62,000 nt of DNA, taken from Octopus vulgaris (lineage: Eukaryota). Under the pieces are notes generated by a model that was given only the letters and a program-made list of their open reading frames with translations, searched no databases and was not told the DNA's origin. Position numbers and translations under genes: made by a program. The stretch covers positions 35,484,001-35,546,000 of the forward strand of contig OX597815.1 of assembly GCA_951406725.2 (NCBI GenBank), read 5' to 3'. The first letter of the stretch is position 1. Each line of letters begins with the position of its first letter. Below are positions 45,464 to 57,752 of the stretch, one piece after another.

Positions 45464-46148
45464 TAAGCATTATAATTCTAAATCAAAGTCAATACATAGA
45501 TTTAGCTATATATTCTTTACCTATGATCTTAAATAAATGTTGATTTAAAGTGATAGTATGTTGCCAACTTAATGTGGCAGTCCCACAGGGGAAGAATGCT
45601 ACTGCTATTTAGCCCAAGGAAACACCGTTTCTAGTTGGCCATGACACATTTTCTGTGTCCTTTGAAAACATAAGGACACAGAATATGTGTTGTGGCCAAT
45701 TGGAAACGGTGTTTCCTAGAGATAAATAACAGCAGCATTCTTCCCCATCATGGGACTGCCACATCAAGTTGGCAACATACCATCACTTTAAATCAACATT
45801 TATTTAAGATTATAATCTATTTAAGCATTATAATTCTAAATCAAAGTCAATACATATATTTAGTTATATATTCTTTACCTATGATCTTAAATAAATTTTG
45901 ATTTAAAGTGATGGTATGCTGCCAACTTGATGTGGCAGTCCCATGATGGGGAAGAATGCTGCTGTTATTCATCCCTAGGAAACACCGTTTCCAATTGACA
46001 ACAACACATATTCTGTGTCCTTATGTTTTCAAAGGACACAGAAAATGTGTCATGGCCAACTAGAAACGGTGTTTCCTTGGGCTAAATAGCAGTAGCATTC
46101 TTCCCCTGTGGAACTGCCACATTAAGTTGGCAACATACCATCACTTTA
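45464..46148. repeat. Duplicated palindromic (MITE-like) element, second copy inverted
   Basis: Hairpin 1 at 45526-45810; hairpin 2 at 45884-46148 is its reverse complement; the left flank is directly repeated (period 358 bp). Confidence 0.85.
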
Positions 46149-46414
46149 TCATGCTACTACTGTATAAATCTCCCTGAGAGATTTAGAAATGTAATATTTC
46201 TAAATGTTGATTTCTTTCAATATTTCAAAAGGTCTCTGATCAAAATAACTTTCATTATTATCATTTTAATCTAATAATATTAAAAATTCTATTTTTATTG
46301 TAAGCTTTAAATATTTAATATTGATACAAATGAAAGTTCCTCAATAAAACAATTAACATCTAAAATAAGCTTCTAAATATTTAAAATTTTAATTTTTACA
46401 ATAATTTCTTTAAG

Positions 46415-46496
46415 GAATAACATTCTAGACATGACTGCTTGCCTTCTCGCCTGTGGTTTAGACCCTACAAAAGTCATTCTTTTCCAGCAATCTCAG
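46415..46496 (+). CDS. WARS2: WARS2 exon 3
   Basis: Acceptor TTTAAG; (R)[27 protein letters not shown] matches the TrpRS LACG.DP....LFQQSQ segment; donor GTGAGT, phase 0. Confidence 0.95.
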
Positions 46497-46763
46497 GTGA
46501 GTTGTTATATTTATTTAGAAGACTTCCTTAGTCACTGAAGTTTTAGTATTTAAAATTAAGTATCAGTACAATAAGTGAAGCCATAGAAACTCACAAACGT
46601 GTTCAGAGAACACTATAGAAAATTCTTAAATTATTTAGGTTTTGCAGAAACCTTTGCTTAACTCAGCTGAAGGATTTTTTTCCTTTATTTTTAAGTTTGT
46701 ACATTAATCCTAACATAGGTAGGATGGTTCTTATAAATTTGGACATTTGCTTGAACGTGGTTA

Positions 46764-47104
46764 ACCATCTGAACGTGGCCGTTGCCAGTGCCGCCCCGAC
46801 TAGCCTCCGTGCCGGTGGCACGTAAAATGCATCATCCGATTGTGGCCGTTGCCAGCTTCGTCAGGCACATAAAAAGCATCATCCGATCGTGGCCGTTTGC
46901 CAGCCTCGTCTGGCACCTGTGCAGGTGGCACGTAAAAAGCACCCACTACACTCACGGAGTGGTTGGCATTAGGAAGGGCATCCAGCCGTAGAAACACTGC
47001 CAGATCAGACTGGGCCTGGCACAGCCTTCTGGCTTCCCAGACCCCAGTTGAACCGTCCAACCCATGCTAGCATGGAAAACGGATGTTAAACGATGACGAA
47101 TGAT
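46764..47104 (+). mobile_element. RTE LINE 3' UTR fragment with (GAT)n tail
   Basis: gcacgtaaaaagcacc repeats, ggttggcattaggaagggcatccagccgtag, aaccgtccaacccatgctagcatgg, aaacgatga. Confidence 0.8.
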
Positions 47105-47805
47105 TACTCTTACAGTTCAGTGCTTTTTCTGTTGTCAACCTGAACTATTGAAATAAACTAGTTGATGTTCCTTAGTTAAATAGACCCAATGTCTATAGCA
47201 AGATTTAAGCTTATGGCCAGCATCATTATCAACATCTACTTTTCCATGCTTGTATGGGTCAGACGAAATTTGTTGAAGCAGATTTTCAATGGCCAGACAT
47301 GTTTTCCATTGGCAACTGGAAATGAGAATCACTTGTATAATGGTTATATATATATTACAGGCTTCTTTCACTTTCCATCAAATCTGTTCATAAGGCTTTT
47401 GTCAGCCCAAGGTGCCAGACAGTGAGACTAAACCCAAGACTGCATGGTTGGGAGCAAGTTTCTTAACCACACAGCCACACCTGCATCTTAAGCAGTTGTC
47501 ATTACAGCACCAAACTTGTTTATAAGTTCATGTATTCTATCTGCACATAAAACAATGGGAACATCAACAACTGGATCTGAAATGATGACATTACAGATGA
47601 AAGTGTCGTACTTTTTACAGGGGAAGTTTACACACTTAAACAATTACAACTGCAAGTTTTCCCCTCTTAATTGCCACTCTTCTTTTAACTGCTACCAAAA
47701 AGATTATAGTTAGCATCCTAAGTTAGCATAATTCTATGCTAATGAACCAAGAATTCATCTATATCAAGTTGTCACCAAGTGTGACAAATCAGAAGTTTGT
47801 TCAAA

Positions 47806-48072
47806 CTCCAGACTTCAGCCACTCACTGCAGTATAGTATAGGTATTTATTTAAACAATAAATTTGAAGTTTTATCAGGGTCAAACATTGAGCTATGATGT
47901 CATAAATCTAAAACTTTTACACTGACACAATGTGTCTCAATTCAGAAGTTTGTGGGTCAGTAATGAGAATTCTAGATTTATGACATCATAGCTCAATATC
48001 TGACTCCTTTAAAAGTTAAAATTTATTGGCTAAATAAACACCTGTGTTATACTACAGTAAGTGACTGGAGCA
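47806..48072. mobile_element. MITE with ~100-bp imperfect terminal inverted repeats
   Basis: Left arm ...cactgcagtatagtataggtatttattt...attgagctatgatgtcataaatcta pairs with right arm tagattttatgacatcatagctcaat...aaataaacacctgtgttatactacagtaagtg. Confidence 0.7.
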
Positions 48073-48664
48073 AATCAATGATGGAAAAGCTAGCAGTCTA
48101 GTATAAGCAGAATTTAGTGAAACAATTACCATTCTATGTAAAATTCTTTCTGCTGGAGAAATTTGTCTTACAATAAGCAGTTCTTTCATGCCCATGCTAT
48201 ATAGACTGTTAAATTAGGTTCATTATTCTTGATGTTCTCATCGTCATTCAATTTGCATCCTTACATCCTAGTTTTAACACTGGTATGAGTTTAATAGCTC
48301 TCCAATATATCACACTTGATCATGTTCCTTCTGAGATGAAATCTAAATTCTCTTGAGGATTTTTTTCAGACTGTTGATTTCATCATCTTTAGAGCTGAAA
48401 AATATATTACTGTTACAGTTGGAGATAAAAACCAACAAATACGTATTTAAGATATAAAGATTAGAAAATATCTTTCGTCTCTGAAGAAGAGATCAATAAT
48501 CTCCTCATCATCATCATTATCATTCTGAAAAATTATAATCTTATTAACAACTCGACTCAGACGTTTAAACAAATGTCTGAGATGAGTCATTAAGACTATT
48601 AGTATTTTACATACCACCAACTCTTTTTTGAATGAATGTTAATGTGAAATTTCTTGAATTTAAG

Positions 48665-48745
48665 ATTCCACAACATACCGAACTTGCTTGGATTCTTTCT
48701 TGTAACTGTTCTCTGCCACGGTTGAAGCATTTACCACAGTGGAAG
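48665..48745 (+). CDS. WARS2: WARS2 exon 4
   Basis: 81 nt: IPQHTELAWILSCNCSLPRLKHLPQWK; acceptor TTTAAG, donor GTAAGA. Confidence 0.95.
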
Positions 48746-49849
48746 GTAAGATTTCTTATATTTCCAAGGTTTTAAGTACAAAAAATAGAAGAAAAATTAG
48801 CATTTTTTATCGATAACTGAGGAAGGGATCTTTGGATTCAAATGTATCAGATTTCTTTGCAATAACGTCTGTTAATTCCTCTTCAGATCTTCCTTCAAGA
48901 GGTTAAATGTAAGTTGATGAAGAAGAGATTAAAACTAAAAGGTATCAACTCTCTCAGTGCGCCCATAGAGGTTCAATGGTTATTTGTTTTTGGAGCTGAG
49001 TGAAATTCCTGCTTTTGGACCGGCTTTCATCATCATTTAATGTCCATTTTCCATGCTGGCATGAGTTGAATATTTTGATAAGAGCTGGTAAGCCAAAGGA
49101 ATGCACCAAGCTCTACTGTTTGCTTTGGCATGGTTTCCATGGTTGGATGCTCTTCCTAATGCCAACCACTTTACCAAGTGCATTGGATGACACCAGCACT
49201 GGCAAGATCACCAAGTAACTTGACAAAGAGCCCTTTCAACAGTGAGGGAGGTAGCCTTGTGCTTGGTCGTGAGAAGCTAAACCATGAAAGGGTCAGAAAC
49301 AACATCTTGCTGTAGAGGAGACACATGGTTACCTTGTTTTTTTTTTTCTTTCTTTCTTTCTTCTCATTGATGAAGGACAGTGTCCATTACATTTGCATCA
49401 TTAACCAGACCAGTGAATTTGGTGTGGTTGATGTTCAGCTGGTTAGTTCTTTTGATTGAAGGCAATAATACAGAAGTTACAAAAAAGACTCAGACAAGGA
49501 AGCATTGCATGAGATATTTAATACAGGAACAATGATAAAAGTTAGAAAGACTGGTACATCAGGTGGGCTCGGCTAAAGTTGGTACACACTTTTTTTGGTC
49601 AGAGGAGCAAGAAACCTTTCTATTAATTATAAAAGACTCATCAATAAAATACAGTACAAGTCAAGTACTGGGGTCAATGTTAACAACTACTATCCCTTCC
49701 CCTCAAAACTGCCAGCTTTGTGTCTAAACCAGAAACAGTAAGAGACCCAAAAGGATATACAAGGATACAAAATATCGCTGAATTTATAGTTGTAACATGT
49801 TGATGGGGAAGGTTTACTAATTTGATAAATGACCTTTTATTAGTATGTG

Positions 49850-50422
49850 GTTTAGATCATTGGTGTGTGGCAGCTTTGGGATACCAGAGATGAGAACAGT
49901 TCTCTAATATAGAGTATATGTATGCTTTCAAGAAGTTCAGCAACTGTTTAAACCTGAAGGGATTTGAGTCTCTGAGACAAAAGTCTTATATTTGGATGCA
50001 GTGTTGGCTATGTTAGAAATATGTAGATGTTATTGAAAATTATAAAATTCTATATTTTGCTTATAAAATCAAAAAGCAACACAGTACCCATGATTTTCAA
50101 TAACATTTTTTTCACACTTAGAATTGACAAAGATTGGAATAAATTATTTGCATCAATTATTGACTATCAGGACATTGCATCCTTCAAAAATTCCATGTTT
50201 CCTGAAATTCATCAACACTACTCTTGATGTACCTATGTAACCTTTCCTCTTTATGGCTCTTTTACTGTTAATTTGTCTTGATGATGATGTACTATAAAAC
50301 CACTTCTGACTATCATTGCTATCTTTCTTTACTTATCACTGCTTTTTGTATCATCTTTTACTCTTTTCTAATGAATTGTAGTGTACTTGAGCACTGCATA
50401 CAATAAGCTCATTATTATTATT
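49850..50422 (+). mobile_element. Old CR1/L2-like LINE 3' remnant
   Basis: Decayed FF..RI...WN.L...I..Y..I..FK segment (ORF 50027-50227) followed by a tail ending cattattattatt. Confidence 0.4.
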
Positions 50423-51187
50423 TTCAGATCTTGTGATTATGTGAAAACTATAGAGATTTTTAGCTGAGTTTATTAACAGTGAAAATATGAATGTTAATGA
50501 TACGTATAGTGACTAGCTTTGTGCTGTTAAATGTTATTAGGTTGTAATGGCTCCTTTGCATATTTTTAGGGGTCTGTCATAAAGTTGTGCAATTGTAGTG
50601 TATTGTATGTAGAATACATATGGATAATGCCTGAGTGTTTGGTTAGCAGTAACATCAGAGAGTTCAATATCGTAAACATGGAAGTGTGTGGTAGGATTAA
50701 TTGAACCCTTAGTTACACCAGAGTTGTGAGAATGTTGGTCAGAGGGAAAAGGCCCTTTTGATATTCTTTGATGGAGCACTGAGAGCAAAATGCTAATCCT
50801 TGAGAAGACTAGTGTTACTACTTCTTCACTTCAGAATTGACAAATGTCGTTTGTATTACAAACCTTGTTTGAGCATTTGCACCACTTTAATCAAATATTT
50901 GGGTCACTCCCAAAGTACCAGTTCTGATCACCAACCTTTATCACAAGAAAATATTACCCACAAAATGTTAGATCCTCTTTATTTTCTTGTAAACTTAACT
51001 CAATTGGATTGTCTTTTTTTCCATGGCACTGCTGAAATGAACAAATGGATATTGAACCACTGACTCCATTCCCTGATACAGCGAAAAAATAGATCAAAAT
51101 ACAAGACCTGTGAATTCCTGAAGTTTCTAAATGATATTCGATTTTCTTTATAAACTGTTGTTATATATTTGTATATTGGTGTTTCAG

Positions 51188-51270
51188 CTGAAATCTAAAA
51201 ATGAGGAGACAGTTTCTGTTGGATTGTTCAGTTACCCTCTGTTACAAGCTGCAGATATTCTTCTTTATAA
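51188..51270 (+). CDS. WARS2: WARS2 exon 5
   Basis: LKSKNEETVSVGLFSYPLLQAADILLY(K), TrpRS YP.LQAADIL motif; acceptor TTTCAG, donor GTAAGT, phase 2. Confidence 0.96.
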
Positions 51271-51994
51271 GTAAGTGAAAGTATTTCTCTTGTTATTGAT
51301 TAAGTTTAATATCATTTTATATTGGTTCCTCCAGATTAGTTTTGCTTAAACATTGGTATCCTGCACATAAATTCCATGTTAAACGTTCTACCTAAACCTT
51401 TCTTCTTGTGTCACAAAAATCTCTCCTATTCCTGTTTTCCAAAGAGTGTTAATCTACAACTACTCAAATTAGACTCTAATTATACAAATTATCCAAACTC
51501 TAGTTCATAAAGGATCTACTTTTTCTTTCACTAAACACCTCCTTATATACACAAAATGTGTAGAGTATTAGTCAGGTTCTTTGTGTTTTGTTGTTTGTTT
51601 TTTTTTATAATTTAAGGGTAGGTCCTCCTAGGCTGATAAGATTTATGTGACTGATGGCCAGTCTGAACAGCTGCCAGGAAAATATGGGTAGAAGAGAAGT
51701 AATAGTCAATTCTGAATGCTTTTAACAGACAGAACTCTACTAAAGGCACCCCAAAACAAGATGGTGAAAAGAAAAAAAAAAAATCAATGTCTGCTGTTGG
51801 ATTGGAAATTGTCATTTGAAGTTTTTAGTTAGTTGGTTAATATCTTATACTGTCAATGTGTCTAACCAAACAGCTGGTTCTTTAAATATTTCCCTCTTCA
51901 ATGATATTAAGGCAAGACAGTGAGAGAACTGCAAACTATAGTTTCAATCTAACAACACCACCAACACCTTTCCAGAAACCTTTCCTTCTTTCTT

Positions 51995-52602
51995 GAAGCA
52001 TGACCTTCGAACTTTAGGTCTCACCGAGGAATTGACTAGAGACCGAGACCTTTGGAAGTATGCTGTGTGTAAGAAGACCCGGCAGGACAAGTAAGGCCAT
52101 AACCCGTGGCCTCAGTCCACTTTATGCATACCTTTCCTTCTTGGGACGCAAAACTCTACTTGTGAAGACCTGTTGAGGCAAGTGAAAAACAAAATCAAAA
52201 TCAAAATCGATCAACATCAATGGAAATCGTAGCTGTGATACCAGTGCCGGTGGCACATAAGAGAACCATCCGAACGTGGCCATTGCCAGCACTGCCCCGA
52301 CTGCCTCCGTGCCAGTGGCACGTAAAAAGCACCATCCAATCGTGGCCATTGCCAGCTTCGCCTGGCCTCCATGCTGGTGGCACATAAAAAGCACCATCCG
52401 ATCGTGGCCGTTTGCCAGCCTCGTCTGGCACGTAAAAAGCACCCACTACACTCATGGAGTGATTGGCATTAGGAAGGGCATCCAGCCGTAGAAACATTGA
52501 CAGATCAGACTGGGCCTGGTGCAGCCTTCTGGCTTCCCAGACCCCAGTTGAACCGTCCAACCCATGCCAGCATAGAAAGCGGACGCTAAACGATGATGAT
52601 GA
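51995..52602 (+). mobile_element. RTE LINE 3' end
   Basis: KHDLRTLGLTE..DRDLWKYAV coding end, minisatellite 3' UTR and (GAT)n tail. Confidence 0.82.
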
Positions 52603-52940
52603 CAACATCACCTCACCATTGAAAAGAACTGTACCATTGCCTAGGCAATGTCATCACTCTGTCACCAAACCAAACTGATGTTCTACATCTTCCTATGTAG
52701 CTACAAAACTCTTTACATTCTCTAAAACAAGGACTATTAATAGAAATCTCTAAATCTTCCACAGTAATGCCTGGGGTAGGCAGAGCTAAACAAATACAAA
52801 ATAAATCTAATTTACTATGTTTTTCATTGGTGTGCTTCACTAAAGCTGAGTGAAGCTGCTCAAACAATAGTATTATTAAAAATCTTAGCAGCTGAATGTT
52901 TAAATTTTGCTACTTCATGTCTTACCTCCCTAATTTTCAG

Positions 52941-53059
52941 ATCCCAACTGGTTCCTGTTGGAGAAGATCAAGTAAAACACATTGAACTAGCCAGAGATCT
53001 TGTTAAACAATTCAATCGTAAATATGGCAATATTTTTGTGAAACCAAATATTCTTACAG
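52941..53059 (+). CDS. WARS2: WARS2 exon 6
   Basis: SQLVPVGEDQVKHIELARDLVKQFNRKYGNIFVKPNILT(G), TrpRS VPVGEDQ..H.EL motif; acceptor TTTCAG, donor GTAACT, phase 1. Confidence 0.96.
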
Positions 53060-53777
53060 GTAACTTGAAGAATTTATTTATATTTTCTATGTTTTTCATA
53101 CTATTGTATTATAAAATTGTCATATATTTACCAGTTTTCCTCACAAAATGATCAGCTCTTATGTTAATCACTCAGTACTTTATCTCAGTAACAATAGCTT
53201 AACCTTACCTGACTTCATGGATGGATTTGAACCCTGCACCACGAGCTTACAAGATATTCCTCAATTATACATTGTCCTCAATGTTTACAAATAACAAGCT
53301 CTAGCTCTGCATGGTCACTATTTACAGGTAACAAAATAGAATGATTCTATTGAAATTATTACTTCTTTCATCTATTTAACAATAGATTTTACCAGGTCAG
53401 ATACTGAAATTGTTTCAACCTTAATGCTGGTACTATGCTGAGAAATAATACCCACAACTGTCTTATGTTTGACCTACAAGTAAATATGTAATCATACCAA
53501 TATCATAGAAGTGTGAAGACTATCAAGAAGTGGTAACTGGCTGTAAAATAACTTGTTCCAACAATTTTTGCAAAAAGAGCTTTCAACCATGACCATTAAC
53601 ATTTTATTTCTTGCACAGATATGGTCTGCATAGGCTAGCAATACTTTCTTTCATCTCTGTGAGGTCCAATATCTTCAGTTCAGTGCACAAGTTCTACCAC
53701 CAACTCAAGGCACTCTTTCCATTGTCATCCGTTCATTTTTATATGTCCAAACCAAAATATAAATGTCTTTTACATAA

Positions 53778-54132
53778 ATAAAAATAAAAATCGAATGGAA
53801 ATTGTAGTTATGATACACATGCAAGTGGCACGTAAAAAGCACCATCCGAACGTGGCGGATGCCAGCGCCGCCTGACTGGCATTCGTGTTGGTGACATGTA
53901 AAAAGCACCAACTGATCATGGCCATTTGCCAGCCTCCTGTGGCCCCCGTACTTGTGGCACATAAAAAGCACCCCCTACACTCATGGAGTGGTTGGCACTA
54001 AGAAGGGCATCCAGCTGTAGAAACACTGTCAGATCAGACTGGAGTCTGGCGCAGCCTCCTGACTTCCCAGACCCTGGTCAAACCGTCCAACCCATGCTAG
54101 CATGGAAAACGGACGTTAAATGATGATGATGA
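53778..54132 (+). mobile_element. RTE LINE 3' UTR fragment
   Basis: Same 3' UTR motifs and (GAT)n tail. Confidence 0.8.
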
Positions 54133-54308
54133 GTTTCATACCAAGTCACTTCCTTTCACTTACAACCCAACCTTTCTTCTATATATCCCAGCAGTTTATA
54201 GTGAACTCATAACTTCCCCATCACTATAGATCTTCTGTATTTGTCTTTTTATAGCCTGAGAGTATTTTTGATAACTTACTCTTTGCTTTTTTTATTTTTT
54301 TATTTTAG

Positions 54309-54763
54309 GCGAGTTGCCCAAAGTGCTGAGTTTGCAAAATCCTGAAGATAAAATGAGTAAATCAGACAATAATAAACTAAGCCGGATTGACTTAACAGAC
54401 AGTGCTGATGAAATATTTTTAAAAATAAAAAAAGCTCGAACAGACTCTACTTCAGCAGTCACATATGACCCTGCCAACCGACCAGGAGTCTCTAATTTAA
54501 TTAGTATCCATAGCAACTTGACTGACCTCACACCTGAACAGCTATGTAAAGAATACACACATTTAGACACAGGACAATATAAAAAGGTAGTGGCTGAAGC
54601 TATTACTGAAACAGTAACACCTATCAGTTCACGCATAAAAGAATTAAAAGCTAATAAAGATTATCTTATTCAGGTTTTAGAAACTGGTAAAGAAAAAGCC
54701 ACAAACATTTCAGAAAACACAATGAAGACTGTAAAAGAGGTATTAGGCTTCACTTTACATTAA
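54309..54763 (+). CDS. WARS2: WARS2 exon 7 (KMSKS motif, anticodon-binding domain, stop)
   Basis: Acceptor TTTTAG; ELPKVLSLQNPEDKMSKSD...TYDPANRPGVSNL...KEVLGFTLH*. The seven exons sum to 1155 nt = 384 aa + stop in one frame. Confidence 0.97.
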
Positions 54764-54837
54764 TTGAAATCATAAAATACCGTAAAATACATTTTTTAAA
54801 AACTTGTTTCAAGTTGTTCAATTTCTTTGTTAAGAAG

Positions 54838-55558
54838 CATCAGATGTGGTGTGCAAGAGAGACGACTGCGCTGATATGGTCATGTGTTGCATATGGATGT
54901 GAAAAAGTGTCACACCCTATCAGTAGAGGGAACCTGTGGAAGAGGTAGACCCAGGAAGACTTGGGATGAGGTAGTGAAGCACAACCTTCAAACATTGGGC
55001 TTCACTGAGGCAATGACAAGCAACCAAGACCTTTGGAGATATGGTGTGCTTGAGAAGACCCAGCAAGTCAAGTGAGACCATAATTGGCCTATGCCAGTGT
55101 AGCATAACTGGCCCTTCAATCATTGAGCAATAAACTGTGCTTGAGAAGACCTGTTGAGTCAAGTAAAATCATTATTGTGGCCAGTGGCAATAAACAGCAC
55201 CATTCGAGTGAGGTCATTGCCAATGCCACCTGACCGGCTCCAGTGCTGATGGCACGTAAAAAGCATTCAAGTGTGGTCATTGCCAGTGCCACCTGACTGA
55301 TTCCCATGCTGGTGGTACGCAAAAAGCACCACTCGAGCGTGATTGAAGCCAGTACTACATGACTGGCCCTCATGCTGGTGGCATGTAAAAAGCACCCTCT
55401 ACACTCTGAGTGGTAGGCATTAGGAAGGGCTTCCAGCTGTAAAAACCTTGCCAGATCAGATTGGAGCCTGGTACAACCTTCTAGCTTGCCAGTCCTTAGT
55501 CAAACCGTCCAACTCATGCCAGTATGGAAAGCAGATGTTAAACAATGATGGTGATGAT
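54838..55558 (+). mobile_element. RTE LINE 3' end just downstream of the WARS2 stop
   Basis: VKKCHTLSVEGTCGRGRPRKTWDEVVKHNLQTLG..DLWRYGVLEKTQQVK*, then 3' UTR repeats and tail. Confidence 0.85.
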
Positions 55559-56029
55559 TTTCTGAAACTTGTACCTTTAATTATTAATCTAACCACTGGT
55601 AATGATAGTAGCACTAGTATTGCTGATACTATATAAAATGTGTCTACTAACCATAATCTGCATCCCAGAATGGTGTATATGACCTTGGTAATGACACTTA
55701 ACTCTCAATTACCCTGTTCTGAAATAGGTACTCTAGGGAGACAGTTTACAACTGTATGCAGAGTAAGCTACTGTAATTGGTAAGTATTTCATCAACTTGA
55801 AAAGCTAAGTTCAAATACTACCATAAAATGAGAAAAGCATCTGCTGCTTTGGACTGGAATTTCTATCCAAGCAAGGAGATATGTCAACTGCTCAAGCACC
55901 ATTACGCAACATCCATATTGTAAGACACCTTTCAAAGGCAAATGAGCTACAATCTCAAGTAAAAAATAAAAACCTTGAAACAATCAAAAGTACGCTAAAA
56001 CAATGAGATTTTTTTCCCTATAGTTTAAA

Positions 56030-56830
56030 TATCAGGTCATCCCATAAATAATGTCTGAATTTTGGTAAGGAAAAAGTGATTTAATTCCATTGGTGAAAAA
56101 CTTCTTTGGTTTTGATGAGAGAAAAGAAAGAGAGGTCAGTTTTAACCTGTTTGGGGCTTTTGAGAGCTAATCCATCTAAATGATCTTGCTTTATCATAAA
56201 ACATAACTCCCTTATGATTTGCCAAAACCAGCCTTTTTTACTTCAAAGCAACATCCAAACACTCTGTTGGCAAAAGGTGTGAGCAATAATAGTTGCATTA
56301 GCTGGTAGCTGCTCAAAGTGGATGACTCCAATGCAATTCCACCAAATAGAAAGAACCATTTTTGCATGGAGGCCCTTTTGGGATTGTGGTTTAGGTTGTT
56401 CTCCACACCTAAGCTACTGTTTGCATCACTTAACATTTTCATAAAAAATCCATTTTTCATTATCAGTCACTAATTTGTCCAAAAATGGTGAGATACATTC
56501 TTGGTTGGCTTCTGTCAAATAATGAACAACCCATTTTCCAAGCTGTTGAAGATGGCAGTGAACAGTTGAATGGCTTGAATTGAGCTTGCTTGCCAATTCT
56601 TCAACTGATACAGCATTATCCATTTCAAGCTGTGATAAAAGCTCATCATCAAATTCAACTGGGGACCCTATTCATGGCCTCTCTCTTAGGTTGAAATCAC
56701 CATTTTTGAACTTTGGAAATCATTTTCTGCAACTTATTTTGTTCAAGCACTCTTCCTATAAACAGAATGGATATTTCAGGTTGCTTCTGCTGCACAGTTT
56801 CCCTTTTTAAACTCATGAATACTCCTTCAA
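56030..56830 (-). pseudogene. mariner (Tc1/mariner) transposase remnant
   Basis: FPKFKNGDFNL..GSPVEFDDELL..SVEELASKLNSSHSTVHCHLQQLGK..WVVHYL..FLDKLVTDNEKWIFYEN (decayed WVPHEL and TGDEKW motifs); possible TIR atcaggtcatcccataaataatg near 56033. Confidence 0.8.
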
Positions 56831-56984
56831 TACATCCATCTTTGAGGGGTTAATATTAGTAATTAATTCAATTTCATTATTCTGTAAAAAGAAATTATAA
56901 TAAGTTTAAGGTTTCCAAATTCACATGAGTATATATCATTTGACATTTTAGAATACTGAAAAATTTGATAGAAAGTACATATAT

Positions 56985-57752
56985 TTCTGATGTGTTGCGA
57001 ATGAATGAGGACAGCTATGTGAAAAAGTGTCACACACTAGCAGTTGAGGGAACCTGTGGAAGAAGTAGACCCAGGAAAACCTGAGATGAGGTGAAGCACA
57101 ACCATCGAAAATTGGGCCTTACCAAAGCAATGACAAGTGACTGAGACCTTTGGAGATATGCTGTGCTTGAGAAGGCCCAACAAGCCAAGTGAGCCCATGG
57201 CCTATACCAGTGGGTGTAACCAGCCCTCTTATGAGTACCCCTCATTTATTGGACAATAAAATTTGCTTGCAAAGACCTACTGAGGCAAGTGAAGTCAAAA
57301 TCGCTGACATGGCCAATAACAGTACCGCCTGATTGGCACTTGTGGCAGTGGAACATTAAAAACATATCTAAGCGAGATTGTTGCCGGTGGCATGTAAAAA
57401 GCACCATTCAAGCATGATCGTTGCCAGCATAGTCTTACTGGCATGTGAAATACAACATTCAAGCGTGGTCATTGCCAGTGCCGCCGGACTGGCTCCCATT
57501 CAGGTAGCACATAAAAAACACCTTTTGAACGTGGTCATTGTCAGAACTGCCTGACTGGCCCTCTTGCTGGGGGGCACATAAAAGCACCCACTACACTCTC
57601 GGAGTGGTTGGCATTAGGAAGGGCATCGAGCTGTAGAAACTTTGCCAGATCAGATTGAGCCTGGTGCAGCCTTCTGGCTCACCAGCCCTCAGTCAAACCG
57701 TCCAACCTATGCCAGCATGGAAAGAGGACGTTAAACAACGATGATGATGATT
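56985..57752 (+). mobile_element. RTE LINE 3' end
   Basis: Same coding end, 3' UTR minisatellite and (GAT)n tail. Confidence 0.82.

Noticed and set aside
50530-52870. Additional RT-like fragments (SGVTKGSINPT.. at ~50650-50720; 52610-52870)
   Set aside because: They are probably very old LINE debris, too decayed to bound or classify.
54292-54636. 114-aa minus-strand ORF
   Set aside because: It is the antisense shadow of WARS2 exon 7.
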